Below, piece by piece: positions 8,011 to 17,373 of a stretch of DNA of 64,000 nucleotides. The notes beneath the pieces were generated by a model. The model had not been told where the DNA came from. It did not search any database and worked only from the letters and a program-made list of their open reading frames with translations. Origin of the DNA: a virus (lineage: Duplodnaviria > Caudoviricetes); the IMG/VR virus record IMGVR_UViG_3300037784_000034, positions 181-64,180 of that record; one strand, written 5' to 3'. A program made the translations under genes and the position numbers. Positions within the stretch are counted from its first letter, which is position 1, and the number at the start of each line of letters is the position of its first letter.

Positions 8011-8811
8011 TCAGTCTTTCTCCACGGACCAAAGTCCCGGCTCGATGCGTTCGAAGCCGCCGACTTGCAATTGCTGCCGGATCTTGGCTTGCCAGTGCTG
8101 GTTCCGAGCCGCCTTGGCGCTGCCGGCAAGGGCGCGATAGAGGTCTGAGAGCTTGGCCCGGCCGCCGAGCGCGCGCATGGCGTCCTCGACCAGGTCTCGC
8201 CATGTCCCGACGTTGTCGATCGGGCCGACGGCGAAGGCGCGGATGCGCAGCGGCACGAACTGCCCCTCGAGTCCGCATCCGGCCAGGCAGTCAGCATTGT
8301 CGGCGCCATAGGCGCACAGCACCGACGGAGCGCCCGCGTTCTTTGCCGCGCGCCGGCCGTCCGGGAGGTGGAAGTTCAATCGCCCCTCCAGGAAGAGAAC
8401 CGCGTCGGCCGCGTTCCATACGTGGCGGGCGAAAGCGCTGGTCTCTGTGCGTGCGAAGATCAGGGCGATGCCGCAGCCGTGTCCGGCCATTCGAGCGAGC
8501 CAGCGACCAATCTCGTGGGCAGAGTAGGGCGGGTTGAGCCAGACGCGGCCGAACCATGGGATCAGCAGCCCGTTATCTTGTAGGCTATCTTGTAGGCTAT
8601 CTTGGAAGCTCGGCGTGGGAGGTTCCAAGGTAACGTGATTGCGAGCGGTCGGCCAAGGCCGCGGAGAAGGCGCCGCGCATGGGTCCAGATCAAACGACAT
8701 TGCACCGCCCAGCGACTCGAGCAGCGACGGCGGGGTGAGCCAGACCTCAGTCCGGGCCCGGGTTCCATGGTGGCCGCCTATGCCGAGATGTGCACCGAAA
8801 TCGCGGGTCAC
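8011..8811 (-). CDS. phage Dam-like N6-adenine DNA methyltransferase with C-terminal winged helix
   Basis: FDLDPCA, WLNPPYS, IFARTET, FLEGRLNF motifs. Confidence 0.85.
   Translation of the reverse strand: MTRDFGAHLGIGGHHGTRARTEVWLTPPSLLESLGGAMSFDLDPCAAPSPRPWPTARNHVTLEPPTPSFQDSLQDSLQDNGLLIPWFGRVWLNPPYSAHEIGRWLARMAGHGCGIALIFARTETSAFARHVWNAADAVLFLEGRLNFHLPDGRRAAKNAGAPSVLCAYGADNADCLAGCGLEGQFVPLRIRAFAVGPIDNVGTWRDLVEDAMRALGGRAKLSDLYRALAGSAKAARNQHWQAKIRQQLQVGGFERIEPGLWSVEKD
8573..8608. repeat. in-frame 12-bp tandem repeat (3 copies) in MTase
   Basis: ttatcttgtagg ctatcttgtagg ctatcttggaag; encodes (S)FQD-SLQD-SLQD. Confidence 0.9.
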
Positions 8812-9059
8812 GTCTCGCGCCCTCCACCTGTATCTGCAATAACCCGGGTCGCCACAGCCTCGATGGTTTCGCCAAGCGTTTCAGGCTTGACTGCGCGGAA
8901 GCCCGCGTACTCTTCAATGCCCAAGGCCCAAAGACAGTTTCCGGCGCGCTCCGTGGCGACTTCCTTCTGCGTAGGGCCTGGCGCGTATTTTGCCAGTGAA
9001 GTGAAGCTGGCAAAAGCGAGGGCCAGCACTTCCGTCATTTCATGTTTGGTCCTGGTCAT
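8808..9059 (-). CDS. hypothetical protein
   Basis: MTRTKHE start; overlaps both neighbours. Confidence 0.65.
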   Translation of the reverse strand: MTRTKHEMTEVLALAFASFTSLAKYAPGPTQKEVATERAGNCLWALGIEEYAGFRAVKPETLGETIEAVATRVIADTGGGRET

Positions 9060-9316
9060 AGGTTCTTCCCGAGTCCAATCACCGTGTGGACGACAGCCTT
9101 GGCATCGCCGAAGTGCATCGAAAAGCCGTGCTCTCTGATCGCTCGGCTCAGCACCATGTAGCAGCCTGGAGGGCCGCCCCTGGTTGGGCGTTCCCATGCG
9201 CGGGGATACTGGTCTGTCGGAAACACCGCGTCAGCAAGCTTCCAATAAGGCATACGCCCACCGTTCTCCTTCAGTGCGGCGGTGATCCGGTCTTTGATCT
9301 TGGTTTTCGAGGCCAT
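9056..9316 (-). CDS. hypothetical protein (HTH-like)
   Basis: MASKTKI start; coupled overlaps. Confidence 0.65.
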   Translation of the reverse strand: MASKTKIKDRITAALKENGGRMPYWKLADAVFPTDQYPRAWERPTRGGPPGCYMVLSRAIREHGFSMHFGDAKAVVHTVIGLGKNL

Positions 9317-9660
9317 CAGTCTTTCAATCCCATCTCGCTCAGGAAGTTCTCGATCCCTGCCGGCCGCTCCGGCTCGATGATGTGGTCTCGGATCTTCCGC
9401 CAGTTGAAATCCGCCTTGAGCACCCACTTGTCGACAATGTCGTGCATGCGCTTGATCTTGGTTTCGTCGCTGGTCCTGGTGATGCGGCGCTCCCACTTGC
9501 CGATCTCATCCCGACAGCGGCGGTGCTCATCCCGGAGTTCTGCCGGCAGCGCCTTGAAGCATTTCCCGCAGATGATCTCCGTGCCCGGCTCGTACTTCTC
9601 AGCCGGAGCCGTGCGCTTGCAGCGCGGGTTGATGCAGGGGATGCGGCCGGGTTTGGTCAT
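9316..9660 (-). CDS. hypothetical zinc-binding protein
   Basis: CINPRC..ICGKC; coupled overlaps. Confidence 0.7.
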   Translation of the reverse strand: MTKPGRIPCINPRCKRTAPAEKYEPGTEIICGKCFKALPAELRDEHRRCRDEIGKWERRITRTSDETKIKRMHDIVDKWVLKADFNWRKIRDHIIEPERPAGIENFLSEMGLKD

Positions 9661-10223
9661 CGCCAGATCCTCGCCGGCTCATCAGCCGCCATGCGGTGCT
9701 TGCCGCGCGCCAGCGGGTGCTTCGGTGCGCCGCTCTTGGTCGTGCCCCAGCACATCAGGTATGGCCATGGCTCTTCACCTGACTGGATCTCTTCGACGAC
9801 GTGCTCGATCCAAGCCTGATCCCAAGCAATATTCCCCCAACAGACGAACACCTTAAACGCGGCTTTTGCCTTGGCGACGACATGCGGCAGATTGACGAAA
9901 TGGAGTTGGTCACGGACATCCCACGCGCCATGGTCGATGCTGTCGACGATGCGCTTGCACTCAGCCGGACTGGAAGTGCAGAACGGATAGAGGTTGACCG
10001 CGTCATACCCTCCGAACCCGGCCTGATAGAACCAGTTGTTCCACCATCGCGACGTTGGATCTTCCTTCATTGCATCTGCCGTCGAAGGATTGCACCCAAT
10101 GACCACGGCGCGGGGTTCGTCGCTCCAAGCCCTGTATAGGGTGAGGCGGTTATCCCCGGAGAACTCGGCCCCTCGTCGGATTGATTGGCTAAAGAGGTCG
10201 GATGGCGGGGCGGACTTGGTCAT
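9657..10223 (-). CDS. DUF1643-family protein
   Basis: IGCNPSTAD..DPT, VNLYPF, KHPL motifs. Confidence 0.8.
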   Translation of the reverse strand: MTKSAPPSDLFSQSIRRGAEFSGDNRLTLYRAWSDEPRAVVIGCNPSTADAMKEDPTSRWWNNWFYQAGFGGYDAVNLYPFCTSSPAECKRIVDSIDHGAWDVRDQLHFVNLPHVVAKAKAAFKVFVCWGNIAWDQAWIEHVVEEIQSGEEPWPYLMCWGTTKSGAPKHPLARGKHRMAADEPARIWR

Positions 10224-10879
10224 GACTTCACCTCGTCGATGTTGCCCTTGACCACCTCAAACGATGTTGCGCTCACCCATGGATTGGTGTCCCAGCCGAA
10301 GCCGCGGGCAGCATTGAGGCTATCCCATAAGTGAGCGAACCAGCCGATGGGGTAGGCGTCACGGATCTCGGCAATCCCTTCTTTGGCCCGGTCTGCCGGC
10401 GCCGGCCAACCTTCTGCGGCGGCGTCATCTTCGGAGATGTCTTGGATCTGCTGGACGCGCACCTCGGTCACCTTGAGCGTGAGGCGGGATGCCCACCGGG
10501 GCATGTGCATGGATGCGCGGTTGCGACCTGGGTCGAAGTCAGCCGTCGGCCATCCCCGTGTGTGCAATGCCCCGTCGGCGGAATACTGGACGGCTTCCTC
10601 TCCACCCATCTCCGATGGTGAAAGATCGTCGTATGCGGTGTGGGTGCACCACGCTTCGCGCACCCAAAGCCTACCGCCGACTTGAGCGCGCGGCGGCTTG
10701 ACGGACCCGTATCCGCCTGTAGGCCGGCTATCGAACACGAACTGCCATCCGCCTTGCTCTGTTCGTCGAACCTCGCTCACAGTTTCAGCGTTTGGGAAGA
10801 TCCTGCGGGTCTGCGTCTTCCGACCTTCAAGCAGCGCGAGGACCATGGGCGCGGAGAAGAGGATGGGGAGGTCTGTCAT
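10220..10879 (-). CDS. ASCH/PUA-like phage protein
   Basis: PILFSAPMVLALLEGRKTQTRR, RLWVRE, SMHMPRWASRLTL, NPWV. Confidence 0.75.
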   Translation of the reverse strand: MTDLPILFSAPMVLALLEGRKTQTRRIFPNAETVSEVRRTEQGGWQFVFDSRPTGGYGSVKPPRAQVGGRLWVREAWCTHTAYDDLSPSEMGGEEAVQYSADGALHTRGWPTADFDPGRNRASMHMPRWASRLTLKVTEVRVQQIQDISEDDAAAEGWPAPADRAKEGIAEIRDAYPIGWFAHLWDSLNAARGFGWDTNPWVSATSFEVVKGNIDEVKS

Positions 10880-10880
10880 G

Positions 10881-11225
10881 TCAGTTGTCCTTGCTGCGAT
10901 CAGGGCCGATGCCCATGGCGTTCATCAGCCCGACAATTTCGGGGTCTGTCTGTGATCGCGCCCATGCTTCGCTTTCTTCCTGGGTGGCGTCGAACTCACC
11001 TGCAGCGACCCGGCTGGCGAACTTCGTAAGCCCGGCCTTGGTGAGTTCTTGATAGAGCGCCGTAGGGCCGCAGACGTGGACGTCGGCGTAGTCATCGAAC
11101 TCGCCTGTCTCAGCGCGTGCGGCCAGGGCCTCATAGACTGCCGCGTTGGCGGGGGAAGCGATCGCGGCAACCTTGCGAAGCTCGGCGGCCAGCTTGTCTT
11201 TGGTGGCGATAGGTTGGTCAGGCAT
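10881..11225 (-). CDS. hypothetical protein
   Basis: 114-aa ORF in operon. Confidence 0.7.
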   Translation of the reverse strand: MPDQPIATKDKLAAELRKVAAIASPANAAVYEALAARAETGEFDDYADVHVCGPTALYQELTKAGLTKFASRVAAGEFDATQEESEAWARSQTDPEIVGLMNAMGIGPDRSKDN

Positions 11226-11400
11226 CGGTCTTTCTCTTCATCTCGTCGGCTTTTGCTTTGAGCATCGCATTGAGCGCGTCCTCGAGCGCAGCAATCCGAA
11301 CAGCGCAGAAAGCGGCTTCGATCTGCCTGCCTGCCGCCTTGTGTTGCGCGCGCCAGTGCTTGGCCTGCTCGACGAGAATGAGAATCGGTCGAAGGTTCAC
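11218..11400 (-). CDS. hypothetical protein
   Basis: GTG start overlapping upstream stop; 60 aa. Confidence 0.55.
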   Translation of the reverse strand: MNLRPILILVEQAKHWRAQHKAAGRQIEAAFCAVRIAALEDALNAMLKAKADEMKRKTDA

Positions 11401-11762
11401 GACGCCACCCACACGAGGCCAACAATGGACAGAACCGCTATGACAGCGCAGACCGCCGCCAACGCGCCCCATGCTCGAGCCTTTTGCCGCTTGAGCAATC
11501 GCTTCCGGTATCCGTCTCGATCGCTCGACGGCTCCGGCGTATCACCTTCAGCCCATATCTCCCGCATGCGTTCGATCTTCCGGCGCTCCGCATCGGTCAT
11601 CGGCCGGAACTGGTCAGGCCGGTAGATGTGCTGAAGCCCTTCAACGCCGGGCATGATGCACTCCGCGACAATCCGGGGCTTCCCGGAAACGGTCCGGTAT
11701 TCAACAAGTTTGCAGCCGGGGAACCGGACGTCGCCGTCGGTTTTCATGACAAGTTCTTTCAA
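11397..11762 (-). CDS. hypothetical protein with C-terminal TM helix
   Basis: Coupled ORF; hydrophobic C-terminus. Confidence 0.65.
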   Translation of the reverse strand: MKELVMKTDGDVRFPGCKLVEYRTVSGKPRIVAECIMPGVEGLQHIYRPDQFRPMTDAERRKIERMREIWAEGDTPEPSSDRDGYRKRLLKRQKARAWGALAAVCAVIAVLSIVGLVWVAS

Positions 11763-13396
11763 TGCAGATCCTCCTTGAGAAAATCACTGGAAATCGCGTA
11801 GCCACCGTCCCTCTGCTCGATCAGGTCGAGCGCCAAGAGTTCCCGGAGCCCGGACCCGAGCCCCGACGATGTCGAACTCACCCCGGCGCCGTCCGCGACC
11901 TCTTCTCGGCTCAGCGGACGTCCGTTCGCCGCCTCGATGGTGCTCAGCATGTTGGCGTAGCTGGGCGGGAGCTTTGCCTTGAAGGCCTCCAGCCCAACGA
12001 CATGGATCGGTCCATCGGGCATGTGTTCCTGCAAAGCCACAAAGCGCCCATCGCCTCGGTCGGTGATGAGGGGCGAGGATCCAGCATCCGCTATGTGCTT
12101 CCGATAAGCGCTTGAGCGGGACGAAAGGCCGGCTCGCTTCGCCGCCACCTTGAGGGTGATGCCCATGGGGTAGACAGCCTGGACGGCATTAATGATCTTC
12201 CGCGCGCTTGGGGAGAGATCTGAAGCAGTGGTTGCCGGGGCAGGATTCGAACCTACGATCGCGGAATCAAAGTCCGCTGCCTTACCGCTTGGCGACCCGG
12301 CATCTCTTCGGCGAGCGACCTCTTGGCCAAGCTCGCCGAGGGACATTTCTTCAAACTTCGCCTCTATCGATGCCTTGAAGGATCCGATCTCTTCGATGGT
12401 CCACCCCATGAGTTCGATGAGAGCGGAAGTCCCGCGCCTGTAACCCTCCTCAAGGCCTTTCTCATACCCGCGCTGCTCGGCCACCTTCAGGTCGCCACCG
12501 GACGGTCCGGCTTGTGTGGCCTCATCTTCCGAGTCCTTGCGCAACGCATCCCGGAGCGCGGCGACATCAACGGCAGCCAACGCTGGCGCCGTAACCACTT
12601 CTCCGATCTCTGGTGTCCTGCTCGAGTCAAATGTGGTGATCTCAGGGAACGTGATGCGCTCAAGAACATCGTCAGCCGGCGACCAGATCCACCCCTCTCC
12701 CCGGGAGAGACGGGGAAGGGAGGTCATCACCTCCTTGGCCTGGTCGGCATCGGCATTGCCCTTTACCCAATCCTCAACAGCCTTGCGATCCTGCGGGCTG
12801 GTGAGTTTGAGCGCGATCAGCGTTCCGATCTGCGACAGGACGTTCTTGTGGATGACCGCCGGCCGCTGGGTGATCATGAGTGGTCGGAAGCCCTTGATCC
12901 GGCCGCGGCGAACGATCTTATCGAAAATCCCGAACAGACGTTGCTCGCCATCGGCCAGCCGCTGGGCGGCGATCTCGTCGGCTTCATCCACGATCAGGTG
13001 CAGTGCTGCCTTGTTGTTGGCATACAGATGCTCAAGGAACGGGGTCAGGAACCGGTTCTTCTCGCCACCGGTCATCGCCGAGATGTCAATGATTGCCTGG
13101 ACGTCCCGAGTGGCCAGTTCCAAGGCCAGCGCCTTACCGGTTTCACTGTCCGGGGTGATGTCGACATCAGCATGATCGCCGCCGAAGATCATGACCGGAA
13201 AGCCGTCGCCGTCGCCGTCGCGGCTGGATCTGAGCCCGAACCACGCTCCTGTCGGGTCGATGATGATGACACGGCGCCCTTCGCCGAGAAGTTTCTCGAC
13301 AGCGCCTTTGGCCGCATAGGTCTTGCCGGAGCCGGTGGTACCGACGATCGCAGTCGGGTGATCGAAAAGCTGGAGCGGGTAGGGCGGTATCGTCAT
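11759..13396 (-). CDS. HerA/FtsK-superfamily (DUF87-like) ATPase with C-terminal winged helices
   Basis: GTTGSGKT Walker A, LIVDEAD Walker B, RRGR, ITQRP. Confidence 0.85.
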   Translation of the reverse strand: MTIPPYPLQLFDHPTAIVGTTGSGKTYAAKGAVEKLLGEGRRVIIIDPTGAWFGLRSSRDGDGDGFPVMIFGGDHADVDITPDSETGKALALELATRDVQAIIDISAMTGGEKNRFLTPFLEHLYANNKAALHLIVDEADEIAAQRLADGEQRLFGIFDKIVRRGRIKGFRPLMITQRPAVIHKNVLSQIGTLIALKLTSPQDRKAVEDWVKGNADADQAKEVMTSLPRLSRGEGWIWSPADDVLERITFPEITTFDSSRTPEIGEVVTAPALAAVDVAALRDALRKDSEDEATQAGPSGGDLKVAEQRGYEKGLEEGYRRGTSALIELMGWTIEEIGSFKASIEAKFEEMSLGELGQEVARRRDAGSPSGKAADFDSAIVGSNPAPATTASDLSPSARKIINAVQAVYPMGITLKVAAKRAGLSSRSSAYRKHIADAGSSPLITDRGDGRFVALQEHMPDGPIHVVGLEAFKAKLPPSYANMLSTIEAANGRPLSREEVADGAGVSSTSSGLGSGLRELLALDLIEQRDGGYAISSDFLKEDLH

Positions 13397-13452
13397 GCGT
13401 CGCCACCTTTCTGAAAAGTATTCCAGTGGAGAATTGTTTTTGTGGCGGCCAT
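13393..13452 (-). CDS. possible 19-aa coupling peptide
   Basis: MAATKTILHWNTFQKGGDA*, start and stop overlap flanking genes. Confidence 0.25.
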   Translation of the reverse strand: MAATKTILHWNTFQKGGDA

Positions 13453-13850
13453 CAGATCCGCCCCAAGCCAAGCTTCATCAGTGAAATCGCCGCGTCGGTA
13501 GCGTCATCGCCGCGCTCGTTCCAAAGTCCCCAGAGAACAAGGGCGGAGAGATGTGGATCGATACCCTGGGTCTCCCACCAATCCCGTTCGTCACCATGTC
13601 GGTGTTGCGCGTCATGGGCGCTCTTGTGGACGGGCAACACCCATCGATCAGATGCCTTCTGGGCCATGCCTCGCCCAAAAGCCCCGTAGAGCGGGGCTGC
13701 GTAATTCACATGGGCGGCTTCGACCGGAGATCTCCCGGTAACGATGCAAGGCAGATTATGGACCCACGCCATATAGGACCCAGATCTGACCGGCCTTGTT
13801 GATCTGGTCGCGATGGGTTGCGGCTGGGGCGCGATCCGAAACCCGCTCAT
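13452..13850 (-). CDS. DUF968-like putative HNH-type recombination nuclease
   Basis: YMAWVHNLPCIVTG, EAAHV, KASDRWVLP, HDAQH. Confidence 0.75.
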   Translation of the reverse strand: MSGFRIAPQPQPIATRSTRPVRSGSYMAWVHNLPCIVTGRSPVEAAHVNYAAPLYGAFGRGMAQKASDRWVLPVHKSAHDAQHRHGDERDWWETQGIDPHLSALVLWGLWNERGDDATDAAISLMKLGLGRI

Positions 13851-14659
13851 CGGGCCAAGCCCTCAAGATAGGTTTTTGCATCATCGAACGGCTTCCTGCC
13901 GCGGATGACGTCGTCTACAGTCTTGACTGTCGTGACCAAGAGCTTGAGCAATTCGGACTCAGCGGCACCATAGTCGCCGGATGTGATTTCTTGCTTCCAC
14001 ATATCTTTTGCCATCTCGAGGGATTCCCGCGAATGGACGACTGTGGTGCCCTCCTTCGGAACGGCGAGGGCCAAGAACTTGGCGACGATCTCCGCCTTGG
14101 TTTCAAGATGACGCGAAGAGAGAGTTGGGGCGGCGTCCGTGGGGGTATCATCGAGCACGCCCCCTTCATCTGGAGCCAAGACCGCGGATGGCTCCGATGA
14201 TTGCTGTGTGTTGTCCCGCGGCTCGTCATCTCCTACGTCCGGGGCTTCGCGGGACCAATCCAGCGGATCGACGCCGGTCATTCTATGAATGATGACACCC
14301 ATATCGCGAACGGCCTGTGCGAGTTCTTCATCGTCAAGTTCCTTGAGCGATTTCGGCCATTGCATGTAGTTGTTATGGATGGTTTTCCCGTACTCCACGA
14401 TGCCCAGAGCCAGCTTGATTGCCTCGCTAGCCTGCGCCGCGGTGCGCCATGGAGTGTTGGCGTCCTTCACCACTCTATTCAGAATAGCCCACCAGCGCCT
14501 GATATCCTTGCGGTCCGACTCTTCGACAGGCGTGAACCTGAGAACGCGGCCGACCTTGAACGTATCCAAGCGCTCGGCGTCATAGGCGGATGCCGGAACC
14601 AGTTTTGGACCAGGTTCAACGATGAAGCGAAATGCCGGGGCGTCTGATTTCGTTTTCAC
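13847..14659 (-). CDS. NinB/DUF1367-like recombination-associated protein
   Basis: Position next to Bet; RRWWAIL, EAIKLALG, PKSL motifs. Confidence 0.55.
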   Translation of the reverse strand: MKTKSDAPAFRFIVEPGPKLVPASAYDAERLDTFKVGRVLRFTPVEESDRKDIRRWWAILNRVVKDANTPWRTAAQASEAIKLALGIVEYGKTIHNNYMQWPKSLKELDDEELAQAVRDMGVIIHRMTGVDPLDWSREAPDVGDDEPRDNTQQSSEPSAVLAPDEGGVLDDTPTDAAPTLSSRHLETKAEIVAKFLALAVPKEGTTVVHSRESLEMAKDMWKQEITSGDYGAAESELLKLLVTTVKTVDDVIRGRKPFDDAKTYLEGLAR

Positions 14660-15534
14660 TTCTTGCCACCAACGCGCTTCAGCGCCCTGCTCTTGATGGC
14701 CAAAGCGATCGACTGATTGGTTTCATCAGACTCAAAGCGAGCCATCGGGTCCGCTTCAGTCCAGATCTCTTCGATTGAGGCCTCGTCATCAGCTTCATCC
14801 ATGTCAGCCTCAAGTCTTTCGAAGAACGCGGTATCGCCGTTCTCTTCGTCGCTCACTTCACCCGTGTCGGGGTCAATGATGTCGCCATCGATCGGCGCAT
14901 TGCGGCTGTCTTCACCCTCCGTTGGAGCAGGCCCACCCTCTTGAGGTGCCGGAGGCTTCGGTGGCGTTGGTGGCGTCGGCGGCGTAGGTGTGACGTCCCG
15001 CATATCGGCAAACCTTGCGCCTTCATCTTCATCGTAGATTCCGGAGAAGCCGAAAGCGTAGCGCGCGGCCTGGATCATCGCTTTGTGGCGAAGCATTCGA
15101 TGCTTCATTTTCCACGGGTCGGTTGGGCGTTTGCACTCTTCGTAGTATTCGGTGACGACCACCGGGCGCGATCGGTCATTCCGGTACATTTTGCAGGTGA
15201 TTGCGACTAGTTCTCCTTCGCTGTCGTGTTCGACATCGAATTCGAAGCCGTCACATGCCGGGTGGGAATTGACGAGATTCACCCATCCGTCGATCGACAC
15301 GATTGGGACAATGCCGCCACCCTTCGCCGGGAAAGCATAGATCTCCTTCGTAAGGGGGTTCAGGTTGTATTCCCGCGCGACCAAAAGGAATGCGGCGAAT
15401 TCCTCTGCTGTGGCTTTCACCATGCCGCATGTGGCGCGGACGGTGTTCGCAAACTCCTGGGGTTGAAGCCCGGCTTTTTCAGCCATGCTGGCCAACAGCA
15501 TCGGCCTTTGTTCTCGGGTGGCGATCTGATTCAT
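14656..15534 (-). CDS. bet: Red-beta/RecT single-strand annealing protein
   Basis: LNPLTKEIYAFP, IVSIDGW, RMLRHKAMIQAARYAFGFSGIYDEDE. Confidence 0.9.
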   Translation of the reverse strand: MNQIATREQRPMLLASMAEKAGLQPQEFANTVRATCGMVKATAEEFAAFLLVAREYNLNPLTKEIYAFPAKGGGIVPIVSIDGWVNLVNSHPACDGFEFDVEHDSEGELVAITCKMYRNDRSRPVVVTEYYEECKRPTDPWKMKHRMLRHKAMIQAARYAFGFSGIYDEDEGARFADMRDVTPTPPTPPTPPKPPAPQEGGPAPTEGEDSRNAPIDGDIIDPDTGEVSDEENGDTAFFERLEADMDEADDEASIEEIWTEADPMARFESDETNQSIALAIKSRALKRVGGKK

Positions 15535-15562
15535 TGTATCCTCGGAATGAATTGGGGTGGGT

Positions 15563-15778
15563 TCAGAACGGGTTGGTTCGCTCACCATCCTTCGGAGTGC
15601 CGGCACCAAGAAGCCACGCCGTCGCGCGATCGGAACTGTCGATGATATCGACAACCTCGACCTCGGCCTTCCCGCGTCTGGTTTCGACATAAGCCTTGGC
15701 GCCAGCCTTTACGGTGGCATCGCAGAAATAGTGGTATTCCCTCGTGGACCCGGGGAAACGGCAGACGGCGACAGTCAT
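15563..15778 (-). CDS. hypothetical protein (SH3-like)
   Basis: 71-aa coupled ORF. Confidence 0.65.
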   Translation of the reverse strand: MTVAVCRFPGSTREYHYFCDATVKAGAKAYVETRRGKAEVEVVDIIDSSDRATAWLLGAGTPKDGERTNPF

Positions 15779-16824
15779 CGGATGACCTCCTCTTCGCGGA
15801 TCTCCATTCCGTCGAGTTTCATGCCGGCCTTCGCCGCTCGATTGGCGAGGGTGTCGGCAAACTCCATGAAGTCCTTGTGTTCGATGTCGACCAACGCGGC
15901 GGTGAACGCCTTGTAGTCGGTGATCTTGCCAACGGTCTGCTTGCGGTAGCCCATGCGGGCTCCGGTGCGGCCGACAGTGACCTTGCGGGCCGCGGCATCC
16001 TTTTCGGCCTGGCGCGCTTGTGCTGCAGCCTCTTCAGCGGCCTGCTTTGCTGCCTCGCGCTGCACGGCGTCTTGATTGTCGTCGGTTTGATTGGCTTTGG
16101 CCGCGGCCTCATCAGCTCTCCGCTGCGCCTCGGCTGCTGCTTCACGCGCCTTGCGCTGGCGCTCCTCTTCGGCTCGCCTCAGCTCTTCGAAAAATGGCTT
16201 CACATGAAGGCGCACCTTTTCGATGTAGGTGTCCGGCTCCTCCTTGAGTTCCCGCCATTTATTGTCGACCTGCCGGCCGGCTTCCAGGTGCGGCGCCTTC
16301 TCGACCTTGTGAAGGGCAACGGCACGGGACTTGATCCTGCTCAGCCGATCCTTCCAAACCGCGAGCTTGTCGGCTTCAGCTTGGGTTTTTACCGGCTTCT
16401 TCATGAACTCGGCGATCTGTTCGACCTCTCCGAGGTATTCGATTCTCAAGGCGTCGAATGGGTCGACTTCACCGGAATTATCGCCGACGCCGCGGACCGG
16501 GGCCGGCTCATCGTCGAAGCCGCCGCCGGCCATTGCTTTTTCGTAGGCCTCAAAAGTAATCGGGTTACGGCAGCACCACGTCCAGATATCGTCTGCAGCA
16601 ATTTCCCTGCCATTCCGATAGGCAACGATCTGATCGGAATCGTCGGGATAGTAAATCGCGACAGGCTCCCACTGCCCGCCCTTGGGCCGAACCCGATAAT
16701 ATCCCTGCTGCGGATCACCATCATGGATGGAGCCGAACTCACCTTTCAACGCGTTTTGCCACCACGTCCAGCGATCGACGAGAGGTATAGCCAACTGGCC
16801 AATGGATTGTTCCGTCATTGTCAT
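15775..16824 (-). CDS. coiled-coil phage protein
   Basis: GGAG RBS; long Ala/Glu/Lys-rich coiled coil. Confidence 0.75.
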   Translation of the reverse strand: MTMTEQSIGQLAIPLVDRWTWWQNALKGEFGSIHDGDPQQGYYRVRPKGGQWEPVAIYYPDDSDQIVAYRNGREIAADDIWTWCCRNPITFEAYEKAMAGGGFDDEPAPVRGVGDNSGEVDPFDALRIEYLGEVEQIAEFMKKPVKTQAEADKLAVWKDRLSRIKSRAVALHKVEKAPHLEAGRQVDNKWRELKEEPDTYIEKVRLHVKPFFEELRRAEEERQRKAREAAAEAQRRADEAAAKANQTDDNQDAVQREAAKQAAEEAAAQARQAEKDAAARKVTVGRTGARMGYRKQTVGKITDYKAFTAALVDIEHKDFMEFADTLANRAAKAGMKLDGMEIREEEVIR

Positions 16825-16851
16825 TCTCCAGGGGGTTCGGTTCAATCAGTG

Positions 16852-17373
16852 CTATGCAGCGGCAACTTGTTCAGCCTCACGCCTGCCATTCTTCGCGAGC
16901 CTGTCGCACAAGCGGTTCACCCAACTTCTCCCGGCACCTTCCTTATGCCCGCGAACATGGCGAACGCTGATCTCCAAATTGTGTGAATCAGCAATAGTCA
17001 GGATGTGGTCGACCGCGGCCTCCTGCGGCTCAGACATTCTGCGGCGTCGCCTCGGAACCGGCGCTCCATCACTGTGTCTACGCTCGGTGATTGATGGGCG
17101 CGCTTTCATCAAACAGCCCAGCGCCTCAGAGTTGTCGCACTGGATCATTATCGACACGTCGGACGAGCAGATGTAATGGGCCGCGGACGCACACGAGAGA
17201 CCGTTTGCGATTGCCTGAAGCTCAGCTACTGACGTGTTGCGGTCATATCCACGCAAAGGACCGCCTGCGTGCATGCTGTTTCGCCCGTCGCCTTTGATCC
17301 AAAAACCCCAACCAGATTTTTCGGTCTTCGGGTTTACCGACGCATCGGCGAATAGCGTGAGGTCCGGCTTCAT
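16852..17373 (-). CDS. RNase HI-like nuclease
   Basis: FADAS, AELQAI, QCDN, HVRGH, NRLCDRLA catalytic pattern. Confidence 0.85.
   Translation of the reverse strand: MKPDLTLFADASVNPKTEKSGWGFWIKGDGRNSMHAGGPLRGYDRNTSVAELQAIANGLSCASAAHYICSSDVSIMIQCDNSEALGCLMKARPSITERRHSDGAPVPRRRRRMSEPQEAAVDHILTIADSHNLEISVRHVRGHKEGAGRSWVNRLCDRLAKNGRREAEQVAAA

Noticed and set aside
14941-14995. Pro-Thr repeat in Bet
   Set aside because: Low-complexity linker typical of annealase C-termini
16852-17373. Retron, DGR or other reverse-transcriptase system suggested by RNase H
   Set aside because: No RT motifs (YADD-like) and no TR/VR pair seen in the window
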